This document shows positions 51,400 through 64,000 of a DNA stretch of 64,000 nt, piece after piece. Below the pieces are notes generated by a model. That model saw only the letters and a list, made by a program, of their open reading frames with translations, was not told the origin of the DNA and did not search any database. The DNA lies in assembly GCA_030770535.1 (NCBI GenBank), contig JASVEC010000015.1, forward strand, positions 1 to 64,000. The letters run 5' to 3'. Source of the DNA: Batkoa obscura. Its lineage: Eukaryota. A program made the translations under genes and the position numbers. Position 1 is the stretch's first letter, and each line of letters begins with the position of its first letter.

Positions 51400-51909
51400 T
51401 TAAAGTTGATAATATGAGAAAAGCATAGCGGAGGCAAGAATAGCACCCACAAAGTTAGATTGAGAAGTTGAGTATAAAGCACCAGAGTTAGTTCCATTAG
51501 TTACATTCTTAGCATTAGTAGAATTGGTGCTGTTTTTAGCTTGATCTGGGAGGTCTACTTTTCTGTAATATTTATTAATGCAGTTGGTACTACATGTTTT
51601 GTATTCCTCAATATTAGTTTGGTTACATGCAGCAACACAAGAAGTGGTATCACCGATTTGACTCTTACTTGGGTTTGGTACACCGGTACATAAAGCTTTA
51701 CAAGCAAGATCCTCAACATTACAACTATTCTTTTGAGCGCATTTTTCAAGCTCAGTAGGTTCACTAGATCCAGTTTGACTAGGTGCACTGCTTCCAGAGG
51801 CAGTGGCTACGGTTGCAACTACTACGGAAGTAGTAGCATCCCCGTTTGATTGAGCAATAGTAGCGAGGGCGGATATTGAGACGACTAAAAGTTTATTAAA
51901 GGAGACCAT
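51400..51909 (-). CDS. Secreted or GPI-anchored Cys-rich, Ser/Thr-rich surface protein
   Basis: Signal peptide, 8-Cys domain with VPNPS, N-glycosylation sites, hydrophobic C-terminus. Confidence 0.8.
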   Translation of the reverse strand: MVSFNKLLVVSISALATIAQSNGDATTSVVVATVATASGSSAPSQTGSSEPTELEKCAQKNSCNVEDLACKALCTGVPNPSKSQIGDTTSCVAACNQTNIEEYKTCSTNCINKYYRKVDLPDQAKNSTNSTNAKNVTNGTNSGALYSTSQSNFVGAILASAMLFSYYQL

Positions 51910-52990
51910 ATTAAGAATAAAATTGAGTTCTAAGATTAAAGATAGATTAATTAATAGTTCAAACTATTTATAAGTTAAATTAAAAAAATATTGTTTTGTA
52001 TTAAATACTAAAGGAAGATAAATATATGTTTGTTATTTTGGTACTATTTATATATCTTGAGTTGGCTATTATGTCTCATCTTAGCTCCATAGAGTACTTA
52101 AAGTTTTACTTTGGAGTTGTTAATAAAATAGAAAACCCCGATTAAAAAATGCAGTTGAAACTGTGGAGGAGATTAAGAGTGACTACCAAAAATAAATGAC
52201 AATTAGCCAAATTTAGAAGTTAGAAAAATGAAACGTTAAGATTAAATAAGAAGCTTTATTTATGTTTATTTATATTTATGATATTTGCAGAAATAAGTAA
52301 CTAAAAATTAAAGATTAACCTTAACCATCAAAATTTATAATCAAACTAAACTTTATTATAATCAAATAAATAATTTATAATTAATTATGATAGTTTAAAC
52401 ATTAGTAAATAACATAATAAATTAGAATACTAAAATAATATTTTAATGTTAACAGGAAATATGTTTACTGTTAAATTGATCTTAAACCATATTTAGGTCC
52501 TTAATTTTAAAACATCATTAATTAATATTTTATACACCTTGTTAAATAAACAGAAAAATTGTATTTTTAGTGTTATGTTAAGTCACAAAAGTAAAGCAAA
52601 TATTTCAAAATTATATTGTCATAATTATAAATTTATCATTTTAATGTATAAAGTTAACTTAGTTTAACTTAATCTTAACCTCAAGAAATATAACAAAATT
52701 AAATACCCAATTTGATTAAATAATAATCTATAAAATATGCCAAATAAAAATTAGATCTTTTAAGCTAATATTATTTCATTTGATACTTGTATGATAACTA
52801 AAACTTGAAATTAACTTTAGCTCAACGGTTTAATATTACAATAAGCCAACATTTACATCATATGTCTTTTTGAAGACATGTACCTGAGACATTACATTAT
52901 ATAATTATATAATATTTTATTTCAAAAATTATTATTAAATTAGGTTTAATAAACTATATAATTTATAGCAAATATTTAGTGTTCTTAAAT

Positions 52991-55641
52991 TTATATTTTA
53001 TGATAGGTTGATTGTATCAAACTTGCTTTTTCTTGCTCGTCATCGGACTCGCTTTCTTCCTCGCTTTCTTCTTCATTGTCTTCTTCTGACTCTTCTTCCG
53101 TTTCCTCCTCTGATTCTGTTTCCTCTTCTTCAACATTGTCTTCTAATCCACTAGAAGTTTCTTCTTCTTCTTCTTCTTCTTCCTCATAAAATGCATCTAA
53201 ATCTTCCAAGTTGCCTTTTTTAATACTGCTACTTGATGGATTAAAATTAGTGGGATTGCTTTTAATAGTATTTTTTGGCTTAGCTTCCTCTTCCTCTAAA
53301 TTAATATTACGTACTGTACCATCTGGTTTATCTTCTGGCCAATCAGGTAAAGGTTCGTAGCCTTTTAGTGGAGTATTGAGTTGTAGGGAAGCAGAGCCAA
53401 TAACAAATTCGCTTTGCGAATATGAGTAGGTTTGATGTGATGGTAATGGCTTATTGCTTAAAAAGATATAACTCAAATGATTTTTTAGAACACTATTGCT
53501 ATCTAATTCTTCATTTTCATTGTTGTACAAGCTAACAAAGCCTTGTAAAAATCTTGCTCGATCCCTTAAATCATAACTTTTATCATACCTTGCTAACGTA
53601 AGGAGATATTTGATCATTTGATTCAACTCATTCTTTTCAGGCCATAATGTTAGAAGTTTAATTGCCAATGAGAGTGTTTGTTTTTTAACTATTTCATCCT
53701 AAATAAACGTTTAATTTTTTTATAAGCTATTGATATTAATATTACCTCCTCTTTAAAGCTTTTAATAGCAACGCGTAAAACATCTGAAGCATAGTTTGAG
53801 ACAAGATTTGCATATTGTCCAATAAGCCAAATGATGGCCGCTTTAGCTGTAGGTAAGAGTTCAACTGAATTATGGAATGCAAATAAAAGATGCAATAAAT
53901 AGGGAGTTTGATCATTTTTGGAATCGAGGGATTGAAGTAACTGTTTAATTACTGTAATAGATTCCCCAACTACTACCAAGTTTTTGTCCTCCATAAGTTC
54001 CATTAGAATTCTTAAACACATACTGGTTGAAGTTGGTATCTTTGATGTACATCTTCCCATGGCTTGTATTGCACCAGCAACTAAGTCATCATCATATGAT
54101 TTTGTATATGCTTTCAATTCTCTTAATAAAGGCAATAGAGTAGATGTGGTAACTACTTCTGTAGCGATTTTTAGTTTAAGATCGCGGACTAATTTAATAT
54201 CTCCTGAGCGGATAAAGAAGCTTGATAGGTAAGGCTCAAAGATATTCTAAATAAATAAATCAGTAAAATAACTTGTTAGTTTAAATATAAGTGTTACTGG
54301 AAATGAGGAGCAAATTGTGACTATATTTGTCAATACTATATATTGGATCTCTTGATGAGAACGAAGTAATCGTACTAAAGGTTTACCAACTTTCATCAGT
54401 TCTTTTGTTGGAGCTATATGATAATAAAGGGATGCAGTGGAAAGTACAACCTAAAATACAGTTAGTCTACAATTTAGAAACACTGTGATAATATCTACCG
54501 AGCTATTATGACTAGCGAGTAAAGGCTCTACTGACTTTAAAAGTAAAGCATGATCCCGATCTATTTCATATCCTGAGGCTACAGGTTGATCCTCATCATA
54601 AAATGACTTAAGATTCTCGTTTGATTTATTTTTATTTTTCTAAAATTTATGTTATTTAAATTGTGAAATTATAAATATTGTATTAAATTACATTCTTATG
54701 ATTATTTGGATTTAAAAAATTCACTCTAATAAGACATTGTTAAATATTTCTTATAATATTAGGATCATTTTACCTTGAATATCTTAATAATAAATCAATA
54801 GTAGAGATTTGAGACCACTCATCAAACTCAGTAATTAAGTTGCATAATTTTCTAAAATGGGGATGTATAAGATCAAACTTATTTGGGCAAAGTGTATTAA
54901 ATGACATAATAACTCCACCCAAACCAATATGAGACTTATCATTCAAATAAATTTTCAGAACATCAATTAAAGCATCTTTTTGAGAAGGATCCATTCTATA
55001 AAGTTATTAGAATACTTTTAAATATGAATTTTTTGCTTACCCATATAGCTTTATAATGGCGAATGCAGCTGATTTACGTACATAAGGGGAAAGATCAGTC
55101 ACTGCAGAACGTATAGCTAGTAAAACAATAGGAGAAATCATTTTTACACGAATTCCAGACATGACTCTTAACGCTAAAGCCCTTATTACTGGTGAAGGGT
55201 CTGATAAATCTTTTTGGAAAGTGTTTATTGAAAGTAAAGCTAAATCAGGTTCCTGTTCTGCATATCTTAATAGATAGATATAAACTAATTTCCTTATTTC
55301 TAAATTGGAACTTGCTACATTTTTTACTACTCCCGCAAAAGCTTCACTTGCGTCTTGACCTTTACTTATCATCTACAAAACTTTAAATCAAGCTTAAAAG
55401 TATTACAAACAAAACTTACAGCAATCAACTTTTTTAATCCATTTAGTTTATCCCTATCTGAGCTTGAGTTTAGCAGTTTATCAAGCTCTTGAATATTAAA
55501 AATTGCTGTATCAAATATTGCTGCATCTTGGCCATCTAATCTAAATTCGGACGCATTTTCTACAATATTCTCTGAAACGATTCTTGATAGTTGTGCTGCA
55601 CTTTGGGCAAATGCTGCTGCTCGATTTATATATCCTTCCAT
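52991..55641 (-). CDS. APL6: AP-3 adaptor complex beta subunit, multi-exon
   Basis: [57 protein letters not shown], acidic hinge. Confidence 0.93.
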
Positions 55642-55924
55642 TTTGCAAAGTTAGTAAATCAATGATATTATGATTTTTTAACTTAAGTACTTTAAATTTT
55701 AAATAACCAATCAAGGTGAAGTAGAAGTGTTTTTATTATTATGACGTAGAAAATCAAAAATTTATTGTTTTTATACTATAATAAATTATATAATCTATAA
55801 AGTTTAAAAATAAATTAGTATACCCTTTTTAAAGTAGAAATAAAAAAACGAAAAACTTTAATAACAGCTTTAATATAAATTTAATATATATATGCTATAA
55901 GTAACATAAATAAAAAAAGTTAAA

Positions 55925-57439
55925 CTAAGCATCCAAAGAATAACCAAGACCAACGCCCTTATTTCTATATTTTACTTCAGGATTGGTACCTAATTTACTT
56001 TTAGATTTATTTTTATCATAGCCCATCTTAGATAACAGTTTAAATCCTATATTGTTTTCTTCTATTGGTGGTACATCTTCAAATATTACATTACCATGCT
56101 TGTGTTTACCTTCCATAATATTAGAACCTAATTGAATGAAGTTAGATATATTGGATATGTGTAGATTAAACGCTGGATTATTATGTATTTGATCATAATA
56201 CATTGAATTATTTGACATTGGATTATTAAATATAGATCTGTTCGATATAAACTTGATAGCTTTAAAAGATAAATCGATATCCTTATTATCATTATCTCTC
56301 ATAATAGATTTAATATATTTATTATGGTACTCCTTTAACAAATTAATAAGGGTAGCTGAAAAATCTTTAACTTGAAATGGAAGTTCTTTGTATTCCGATT
56401 CTTTAATCTTAACTTCATTAGCAATAGAAAATTCACTTTGTTTTTTTGAATAAATACACAAGTATTTATTAAACTCTTTTCCTTTCAATGTGTAATCTAA
56501 TTTGTACCTACCAATTAGATCTCTTATTATACTACGAAACTCTTTTAACATGGGATATAAAGTTAATTCTTTACCTGGTGTAGTACAAAGCTTTCTTAAT
56601 TGTTTATCAATTTCATTCATTTCATTTAATAAATAAACACTTTTATAAATTGGTGCCTTCATATCTTTCATAAATTTAATTTCTTCTGCTAATAACTCTT
56701 GTTTTTCTCCAAATTCTTCCGTTTTTTCTCTTCGAGCTTCCTTTTTTCCCTTGTGTAACTTCTTATTTAACTTCCTTCTTTGATTAAGGCTTAATTCTTC
56801 CTTCTCAACACCTTCATTTTCATCTTCATTTTCATCTTCATTATTTTCATCTCCATTTTCATCTAAGAAGCCAACACTATCTAAAAACTCTGGATGATTT
56901 AAAAAGTTTTGCACCTTATCATTAGCAACATGGTCGCTGAAATTAAACTCAAGTCCTTCGTCCATCGAAGAATCCTGATCTAACTCAGAACGCAATCGCA
57001 TCCCATGAGCAGCTTGGACAAATTGTAAAGAATCTTTGTTAAGTAATAAATCACCGTTTGAATCACTTTCTCTATTCATTGCTTTAAACGCTTTTTCCTT
57101 TTCAGCCATTAAAAAATCATAATTTGCTTCAGGATCTATCTGCATTTCTCGAATAGTTTGGACAAGCTGAAAAAGCTCTTTATCAAAAGAGGATTCACCG
57201 TCTAAATTAACTTTGTCATTTACTACTTTATACGTTTCTTGTTGCATCTGTAATAGTAAATCACTATCCTTTTCTAAAAAACGATCAGTATAAGCGTTAT
57301 CCAAATCATCCTTTTCGTTTAATTCTATTTCGGCTTCACCTATATTTACATTAGTTAATCCATGCCTTATTTTCAATTTTATATAATCTTTACTTGAAAA
57401 CACCTTTTTTCCTTTAGTTTTCTGTTTATTTATGCTCAT
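55925..57439 (-). CDS. G-patch domain protein, possibly Sqs1-like with a degenerate R3H region
   Basis: C-terminal IEENNIGFKLLSKMGY..GVGLG; first ATG at 57439 (the ORF track starts at TTG 57475). Confidence 0.75.
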   Translation of the reverse strand: MSINKQKTKGKKVFSSKDYIKLKIRHGLTNVNIGEAEIELNEKDDLDNAYTDRFLEKDSDLLLQMQQETYKVVNDKVNLDGESSFDKELFQLVQTIREMQIDPEANYDFLMAEKEKAFKAMNRESDSNGDLLLNKDSLQFVQAAHGMRLRSELDQDSSMDEGLEFNFSDHVANDKVQNFLNHPEFLDSVGFLDENGDENNEDENEDENEGVEKEELSLNQRRKLNKKLHKGKKEARREKTEEFGEKQELLAEEIKFMKDMKAPIYKSVYLLNEMNEIDKQLRKLCTTPGKELTLYPMLKEFRSIIRDLIGRYKLDYTLKGKEFNKYLCIYSKKQSEFSIANEVKIKESEYKELPFQVKDFSATLINLLKEYHNKYIKSIMRDNDNKDIDLSFKAIKFISNRSIFNNPMSNNSMYYDQIHNNPAFNLHISNISNFIQLGSNIMEGKHKHGNVIFEDVPPIEENNIGFKLLSKMGYDKNKSKSKLGTNPEVKYRNKGVGLGYSLDA

Positions 57440-57742
57440 TATTAATACCTTTTTATCTGAAAATTTTGAGCTCAAAACTCAAAAATTGTCAAAAATTATT
57501 TTTTAATTTGGTATGATACTTTCTAACTAATTATTACTTCATAGTATATGCCCAAAATGAATTATTTCAAATATTATGTTATTATAATTAAAAGGTAAGA
57601 TGAACCGACTTTGAAAGAGCTATAATATCTGTCATATTGTTATTTAATTTGCCTATTTTAAAGTCATCTTTTGTTACTTAAAAAAATTTAACATATTCCT
57701 GTTAATTAAAATTACATAAAGTTTAAAAAATAATAACTTTAT

Positions 57743-58252
57743 TTAGAGATTAGCAATGGCTACACCAGCAACTAAAAGTAAAGCAGAAACACCATTGGTG
57801 AGACTATTTGAGGTAGAAGCTTTAGAACCATTTGTAGATGTGCTTGAATCCTTTTTAGCTCCAGAGCTAGTTTCTTTTGGAGCGGATGAACCAGTTGAAC
57901 TGGTATCAGTAGCACTTGAAGAATCACTGCTCTTAGATTCTTTAGCTTTCTTTTTAGAATCTTCACCATCTTTTACCAGTTGAGCTGAAGTGCATGTATT
58001 TTTTTTAAGACCATCATACTTAGCTGCCATTTGTTGGACTTCGGAATCATTTGAGCAACTTTGGAAACAGGCGGCAATATAGTCATAACCAGCACATTGG
58101 CAGGTGTAATCATTAGGTGGGCATGAGTTGATCCTTGAATCCATGGCGTTTTTTTCACATGTTTGGATGATTACTAAGGCGCTTGGATCACAAGCGGCTA
58201 ACACTTGGGAGGAAAAGGCTAACAAAACAGAGATGGCAGAGTAGTATTTCAT
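57743..58252 (-). CDS. GPI-anchored Cys-rich extracellular protein
   Basis: Signal peptide, CPPNDYTCQC 8-Cys domain, Ser/Thr stalk, hydrophobic tail. Confidence 0.82.
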   Translation of the reverse strand: MKYYSAISVLLAFSSQVLAACDPSALVIIQTCEKNAMDSRINSCPPNDYTCQCAGYDYIAACFQSCSNDSEVQQMAAKYDGLKKNTCTSAQLVKDGEDSKKKAKESKSSDSSSATDTSSTGSSAPKETSSGAKKDSSTSTNGSKASTSNSLTNGVSALLLVAGVAIANL

Positions 58253-59819
58253 ATTAAGTTTGTAATGTAGATAATTAAATTAAAAGGTTAATAAAAAATT
58301 ATTATTCTTGAATTTTCTGCTTTTATAGCTTCAAGCTTAATTTTTACCAAAAATAATTGGTTTATGGAATTGAAAAGCATGTCAGATGAAAAAATAGAAT
58401 CTCTTAAGTTTTGAACCACTGCCATTTTATCTATATTTAGAAGTTCCCTGTATTATAAACCTACATAAAATCTCTCAAATCAAAATGACATTTTAAGTTT
58501 TTGCTTGATTTAAGTTTATGTGGTTCTGCTTCCCCATTTTTTTCTATTTATCATAACAGTTGCTAATGTTTTGATAGTATTTGACTCCTGTTTAAGTTGT
58601 TTATGATTTACTTAAAATTTAACTCAGTTCATTATTTATATTCCTATAACTAATGAATTAAATAATATATCAAAAAATAGATTATAAACCTAAGCTGCTG
58701 TTTTAAAATAATTTTGTATTCAGAACATTTGCATGTTTTGCATCTTTAAAGCAACTTTATAGATTTTTTCATTTCAAAGTAAAATTAAAACTCACTTACA
58801 AAAATAAACCAGCCTTGCTTTTTTACCATCCATACGGAAGGTTTGGTTTATGCAAACTTACTACAATGTCTTAATCTTTGAGCTAAGCGATTCAAGGCAA
58901 AACAATAACTCTAATACCTATAATATTGTTTTTAAACAAAATATTTAACTTATTTTAAAAAATTCTTTTTAGTTCATTTTCAGTTAAAAATTGTAAATTA
59001 AGCTTCTCTATCCTAACTCTTCTAAGCTTTGTTACAATTGTTTAAGTTCAAATAGACACTGGTTGACCCTTCATTTCAAAAAACAACTTGAGCATTGAAA
59101 CTCAATTCAATATTACAGTACAAGTTGTTAGTCATAAGTTATCACTATATAGTACACATTTAACCTTAAACAGTTGCACTTTAAAATTTTGCCTTTCCTC
59201 CTGTATTTGCTTAATTTATTGACTTAAATGTTTTGGTTGATTCAGTAATTACAATGTAATTCTTTAAAATTCAAAGCCTGTAAGAGCTTTGTGTTTTTTA
59301 TTATTATAAAATAGGGAATCAACAGATAACAGGAGGTAAGAAGTCAAGTGATGAAATGTTATTATAATCAATTAAAATAGTATTAATGATGGAAAAATCT
59401 ACACCCTTGAAAAAAAAGACCTATCACTATAATTAATTTATTCTAACAAATTTAATATGTCTATACTACTTCGTGTATTTATACTTTGAATAAAACACTT
59501 CATTTGGCGATGAACTCCAAAGATTGAGATGTGAACCAAATCAATGTGTTCAATCAGGCATTTTCTCTTGCCGTTTATGAATTCTTTTATTTATCGTACT
59601 GTTCAATATCTGAAAAAAGTATCGAAAATTTTAACAATAGTTTATCTATTACACCAATTCCATAAGCGAAAGTCACTAAAAATACAGTATCTATTAGTTC
59701 ACAGAAAGGAAGTAAAAGTTGATTTCTGCTAATTTTACATGCAGGTATTTTTGGTTTCATTTTTTTTACATTTTTCCAAAAGGTGTAATTGCGCTTTTAT
59801 CTGATGCTAAATATTATAT

Positions 59820-59910
59820 GAGGATGTATTTTTTTAAGAATTTTACTAATAATTTTTCCGTCCAAATAGCGTTTAAAGATGGAAAAATAATGAAATCAAA
59901 AAACACCCTC
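59820..59910 (-). mobile_element. MITE copy
   Basis: TSD ATAT. Confidence 0.87.
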
Positions 59911-60084
59911 ATATTTAGAGATATTTTACCCCTTCCAAAACTCGAAATAGACAAAATTTATAAGTATTTTTAAATATTACTTGAACCAGAGTATAAAATA
60001 GTGGATTAAAAGTATTTCAAATTATTTCTTTATTGACATAACCTAATAAATCCAGATATTCTTAAAATCAATCCCTCAATTTGA

Positions 60085-60670
60085 TACTAGCACAAAACCT
60101 ATTTGCTTCATTTACAATACTAGTATGTAGAATCAAAAATAGACTTAAGTTTGCTAAAATACCAATAACAAAAGATATTTAAGCAATTTGGCCCATAGTA
60201 ATAACAACTATATTCTCTTCGTCATAAGGATAATGTAAAAGCTCTCTAGAAAATGGAATAAAACAGAAACAAATATACAAGTAGAACAAATAGCTAATAT
60301 AACATATAGTTTAATAGAAGCTGTGTCATACTTTGACTTTATTTCGTCTTTACATTGAGATGGTTTCGGTATTATTTTGATTTCAATAAAAATCCTTGAT
60401 CTCAGCAATATCTCCAACTAACCTATAATAACAATACGATATTGTTATAACTCCAATTGAAAAACTAACTACTAAATAGTGATATCCAACAGACTCAATA
60501 ATTGGGTTAGTTATGGGTAACATACAAGTCAATTCAGAAGCGGGAGGTATCATCAAGCCTTGGCGGCGTAAATAATCAATAAAGTAGTATAAACTAAGCC
60601 ATTTATATGTAATACACATAGATATATTTGAGTAAATTAATTTCTAAGACTTCATAATCTTTTTGCTGTT
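60085..60670 (-). pseudogene. Frameshifted pseudogene paralogous to the 7TM gene at 61650-62561
   Basis: LMIPPASELTC/LMIPSATELIC, IGVITISYCYYRL/IGVIIITCCYYKL and IKLYVILAI/IKLYTILAI split across frames with stops. Confidence 0.8.
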
Positions 60671-60678
60671 AAAAATAT

Positions 60679-60773
60679 AGGGATGTTTTTTTGGCTTCAT
60701 CACTTTTTCCATCTTTTAAGTAATATTTGAGTGGAAAATTGATATTAAAACTCTTAAATACAAAAATATATCC
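60679..60773 (+). mobile_element. MITE copy, in or adjacent to the 7TM pseudogene
   Basis: TSD ATAT. Confidence 0.85.
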
Positions 60774-61649
60774 ATATATAGTAAATTGATAAAAATTCAT
60801 GTTAAATCCTGGAACAATTATTTTGTTATATCTGTTAAGTATCTACTATTTTATTGGACTGAAAGTAGATAAATTTCGTTAATATAAACGGGCTACTATT
60901 ATCAATCCCATTATAATAAGCGGTTGTATTTTTTGAAATAGCGCTTTTTTTAAATTTAAGGATTATCTTTTTATAGGATTTCTAACTTCCATTATTCAAA
61001 TTAAGTTAGATTAGCTTTGGGTACAGATTATCATTATTCCTATTTGCTTAAATTGGAACAGTTTATCATAATACAATACTTCAACTAAAGTTTATGGCTT
61101 TTTATGAAACTTTTTGAAGGGTAAGCTCATATCGCTATTAAAGATGAGTTAGCACTAGAATGGCAAAAACACCGTATAATTTTATGTACTATAAAAACTA
61201 TTTTTTAATATTCTTATGGAATTAGTTATGGGCCACAAAGTTTTAATCTAATTATAAAACTAGGATTTTGAAAATCCGAGATCAGTTAGCGCATGATAAA
61301 CTGCTGTATATTTAGTCAAGCATCTGTAATTTTGACTAAAGTGGATCAAGATTTTTATGAATCAAACTATTTTTAAAACTTATTTATCTCCATCTTTATA
61401 TCATTCTTATATATGAGCTATTGAACTTTACTTTAGGTAAGTTTTTAAAAGCATCATTGTAAAAGGGGATTGCTCTGCACTAATTGAATCATCCCGAATA
61501 AAACGACAAAACTTTAACTAAGTGGTATGTTAAGCTTTTAGTCAAAGTTACTAATACGAATAATAATCCTTTATTAAAGAGAAATAAAATATTTGGGTAA
61601 AAAAATTTATTAATTGAAAAAGTCAGTAAAACAAATAACTTCCTATTAA

Positions 61650-62561
61650 CTACCAACATTTAATATTGGCATAAAATTTCTTCGCTTCGTTTGCAATACC
61701 CGTATGTAATATTAAAAAGAAACTTGAATTAGCTAAGATACCAATAAGGAATGTAATTTCGGCAAGTTGATTCATAACAAGAACTGTTGGATTTACTTCA
61801 CCATAAACATTGTGGAGAATACTACCTAATAAATGAAACAAAAAGGAGCCAAACATACAAGTGGTATAAATGGCTAAAATTGTATATAGTTTAATAAATA
61901 CTGAATTGTAGCTGGATTTCTTATCGCATTTAGGTCTATTTATGTTAGAATTAGAGTTCATTTCAAGTTGTACAAATTCTTTCATCTTGGTTACACTCCT
62001 AGCTAATTTATAGTAGCAACAGGTAATTATTATTACTCCAATAAAAAAACTAAAGATTGAATAAAAATATGTAATCGACCCAATGATCGAATTTACTACA
62101 GGATACTCACATATTAGCTCAGTAGCAGATGGTATCATTAGATGCTGCGATACACAATAAATGCCTAATCCAATAAAACCTAATCCATTTAAATGAATCG
62201 CTAGATATACATATTTTGATAGTTTAATCTCAGATACTTTGCACAGTCTTTCTAAAGCTAAAAACACATTTATTTGAATCTCATAATAATAAGCTCCTCC
62301 TATAATAAATCCCAGGATTTGACAGCCCAAGTTGATCTTAATCAACTTTATACCATATATGAAGTAATGCAAGTAATCGATAGATGTTACTAATGGCGCG
62401 AAAAGTTCTACTGATGCAACTGCAATTATCAACTTTAAATCTTTTGTTAATGGTTTTACTTTAAAACAGATAAAAATCAAAAAATTATTTAAGAATACCG
62501 CTACGAATGCTAAAGCAATGATAAAGTAGTTGATTGAAAAGAGGGGGCTATTATCATCCAT
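61650..62561 (-). CDS. Seven-transmembrane, rhodopsin-family-like GPCR, intronless
   Basis: Seven hydrophobic segments, Cys before TM3 (GCQ), LALER at TM3 end, ECL2 Cys, CYY at TM5 end. Confidence 0.78.
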   Translation of the reverse strand: MDDNSPLFSINYFIIALAFVAVFLNNFLIFICFKVKPLTKDLKLIIAVASVELFAPLVTSIDYLHYFIYGIKLIKINLGCQILGFIIGGAYYYEIQINVFLALERLCKVSEIKLSKYVYLAIHLNGLGFIGLGIYCVSQHLMIPSATELICEYPVVNSIIGSITYFYSIFSFFIGVIIITCCYYKLARSVTKMKEFVQLEMNSNSNINRPKCDKKSSYNSVFIKLYTILAIYTTCMFGSFLFHLLGSILHNVYGEVNPTVLVMNQLAEITFLIGILANSSFFLILHTGIANEAKKFYANIKCW

Positions 62562-63324
62562 TTAAATACAATGAAGTTAATTTTTTAAACAAAAGAATTA
62601 GATTTAAAAAAGCCATTTATATACTAAATCTTTGATTAAAATTTTGTATAGTAAAGAATAATTATTCTGATTTTTATTAAAGCACACGAAAATTTATTTT
62701 ATAATCATTTTTATTAAAGTTTAAAAATGCTGATATGTAAGCCACTAAATATATTACAAAAGCAATTTAAATGTGGTTTCTCTTTCATAATTTGACCGTT
62801 TTATAAATTAAATGTTCTCACATAACTAGAATATCACTAATTACTTGATAGCATTTAATTAATAAAAAGATCAAATTATAAAAAAAAAATTACATTTAGA
62901 TTATTGCTATAATGACAAATTAGCAGAAAGGTAGATAGATCAACGTTCAAGTTTAATTATAAAAATAAAGCTATAATATTTAAAAATTTCATGCTATCAT
63001 GCACAGAAAAGACATTTTTTATTTGAAGATGAAATCAAAGCAGGGAATTGTTTTTTATAAAATGAATAAAATTTTAAAAAAAAGAGAGCTTTTTAAGGAA
63101 TAATTGATAGGAGCGGTACATTCATTAAGATTTATGATTTAGCTACCATTACCAATAACAAATTATTCGGCATTTATAGTTTATTAAGCTTTTTTTAATA
63201 CTTTTATTTTCTATATTAAACAAAAGATGATTTATACCCTCTAATGTGTTTGTCATGACATTTATTCTCCAAAATGCTCAATAAACTAAGTAAAACTTTA
63301 AAATTATTCATAAAAGTAGATTAT

Positions 63325-63413
63325 GGGGATATCTCTTTGTTTAAGAAATTTATTACATTTTTTCAGCTTAATAGCGCTTAAAAGAAAAATGATAAAACCA
63401 AAAAAACACCCCC
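63325..63413 (-). mobile_element. MITE copy (diverged)
   Basis: TSD TTAT at 63321-63324 and 63414-63417. Confidence 0.83.
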
Positions 63414-64000
63414 TTATAGTTTTTGCTTAATTATGATGAATTTATTTTTCAAAAAAAGTAATAATCACTTACAGTATAACTCTGTTAAACTTTAAATATG
63501 TAGTGTTTTCTTCAAATTTTATATTTGTAAAGGAAAAATAAAAAATTTAATAAGAATAAATTTGAAAAATATAAAATACAAATGTCAATCCACATTTACA
63601 TTAATTAAAGAAAACACTGCAAATTTGAAATTCAATAATTTGTAAACATACATATTCCTGTTCTAAAAAATATCTGATTAGCTTCATTAACAATCTAAAA
63701 TTTGTCTTTTTTAAAATTGGTTTCATTTAAGTTGGAAAATTGTATAACGTATTGATATATATAATGAAGCATGATAATAGTAAGTGAGCAAAAAATTATT
63801 ATTTAATAGTTAGCACATATCTTATTAAGCTTTTTATACATAGTGACCTAAAAATAAAACTTATGTTAGAACATAGCTTTTATTGAGACTAATTTTTGCA
63901 AATTTTGGTCATTTTAAGAATAAACAAAAAACCTGTCTTTTAAAATAATATGATTTATTAAAAAAGCGGGATAATTCAATAAAATTAATATCAAATCATC

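Noticed and set aside
53030..53190. (TTC)n-rich repeat
   Set aside because: Encodes the ordinary acidic hinge of AP-3 beta
3819..63413. MITEs as TA-target Tc1/mariner elements, or as CRISPR/REP-like repeats
   Set aside because: Variant flanks show 4-bp duplications; copies are dispersed and diverged in a eukaryotic context
1..64000. tRNA, rRNA genes or CRISPR arrays
   Set aside because: None recognised by eye; tRNAscan-SE and Infernal would be needed to exclude them formally

Overview
Left end of a linear, very AT-rich eukaryotic chromosome. It is fungal; short ~45-55 nt GT-AG introns and a divergent 7TM gene family suggest an early-diverging lineage such as Entomophthoromycotina (inference). 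About 680 bp of (CCCTAA)n telomere directly abuts a solo LTR, which contains a second, inverted solo LTR with a 5-bp TSD. An orphan ORF follows, and housekeeping genes start within ~7 kb: RPL11, PKA regulatory subunit, Rai1/DXO, Drs1, Hem12, Amt/Mep, Vps1, Neo1, OYE, Gnd1, Cbp4, cyclophilin, AP-3 beta and a G-patch protein. Intergenic DNA holds about 22 copies of a ~100-bp MITE (GGGG...CCCC ends, 4-bp TSDs) and a decayed Sola-like transposase. Two direct LTRs with an identical ~420-bp core bracket the ammonium transporter and its GATA-rich promoter. The most notable gene is an intronless MLKL-like protein: N-terminal four-helix bundle, pseudokinase with HG../GFE motifs, and Sel1 repeats. All calls come from motif recognition by eye; exon boundaries are hand-read and approximate.
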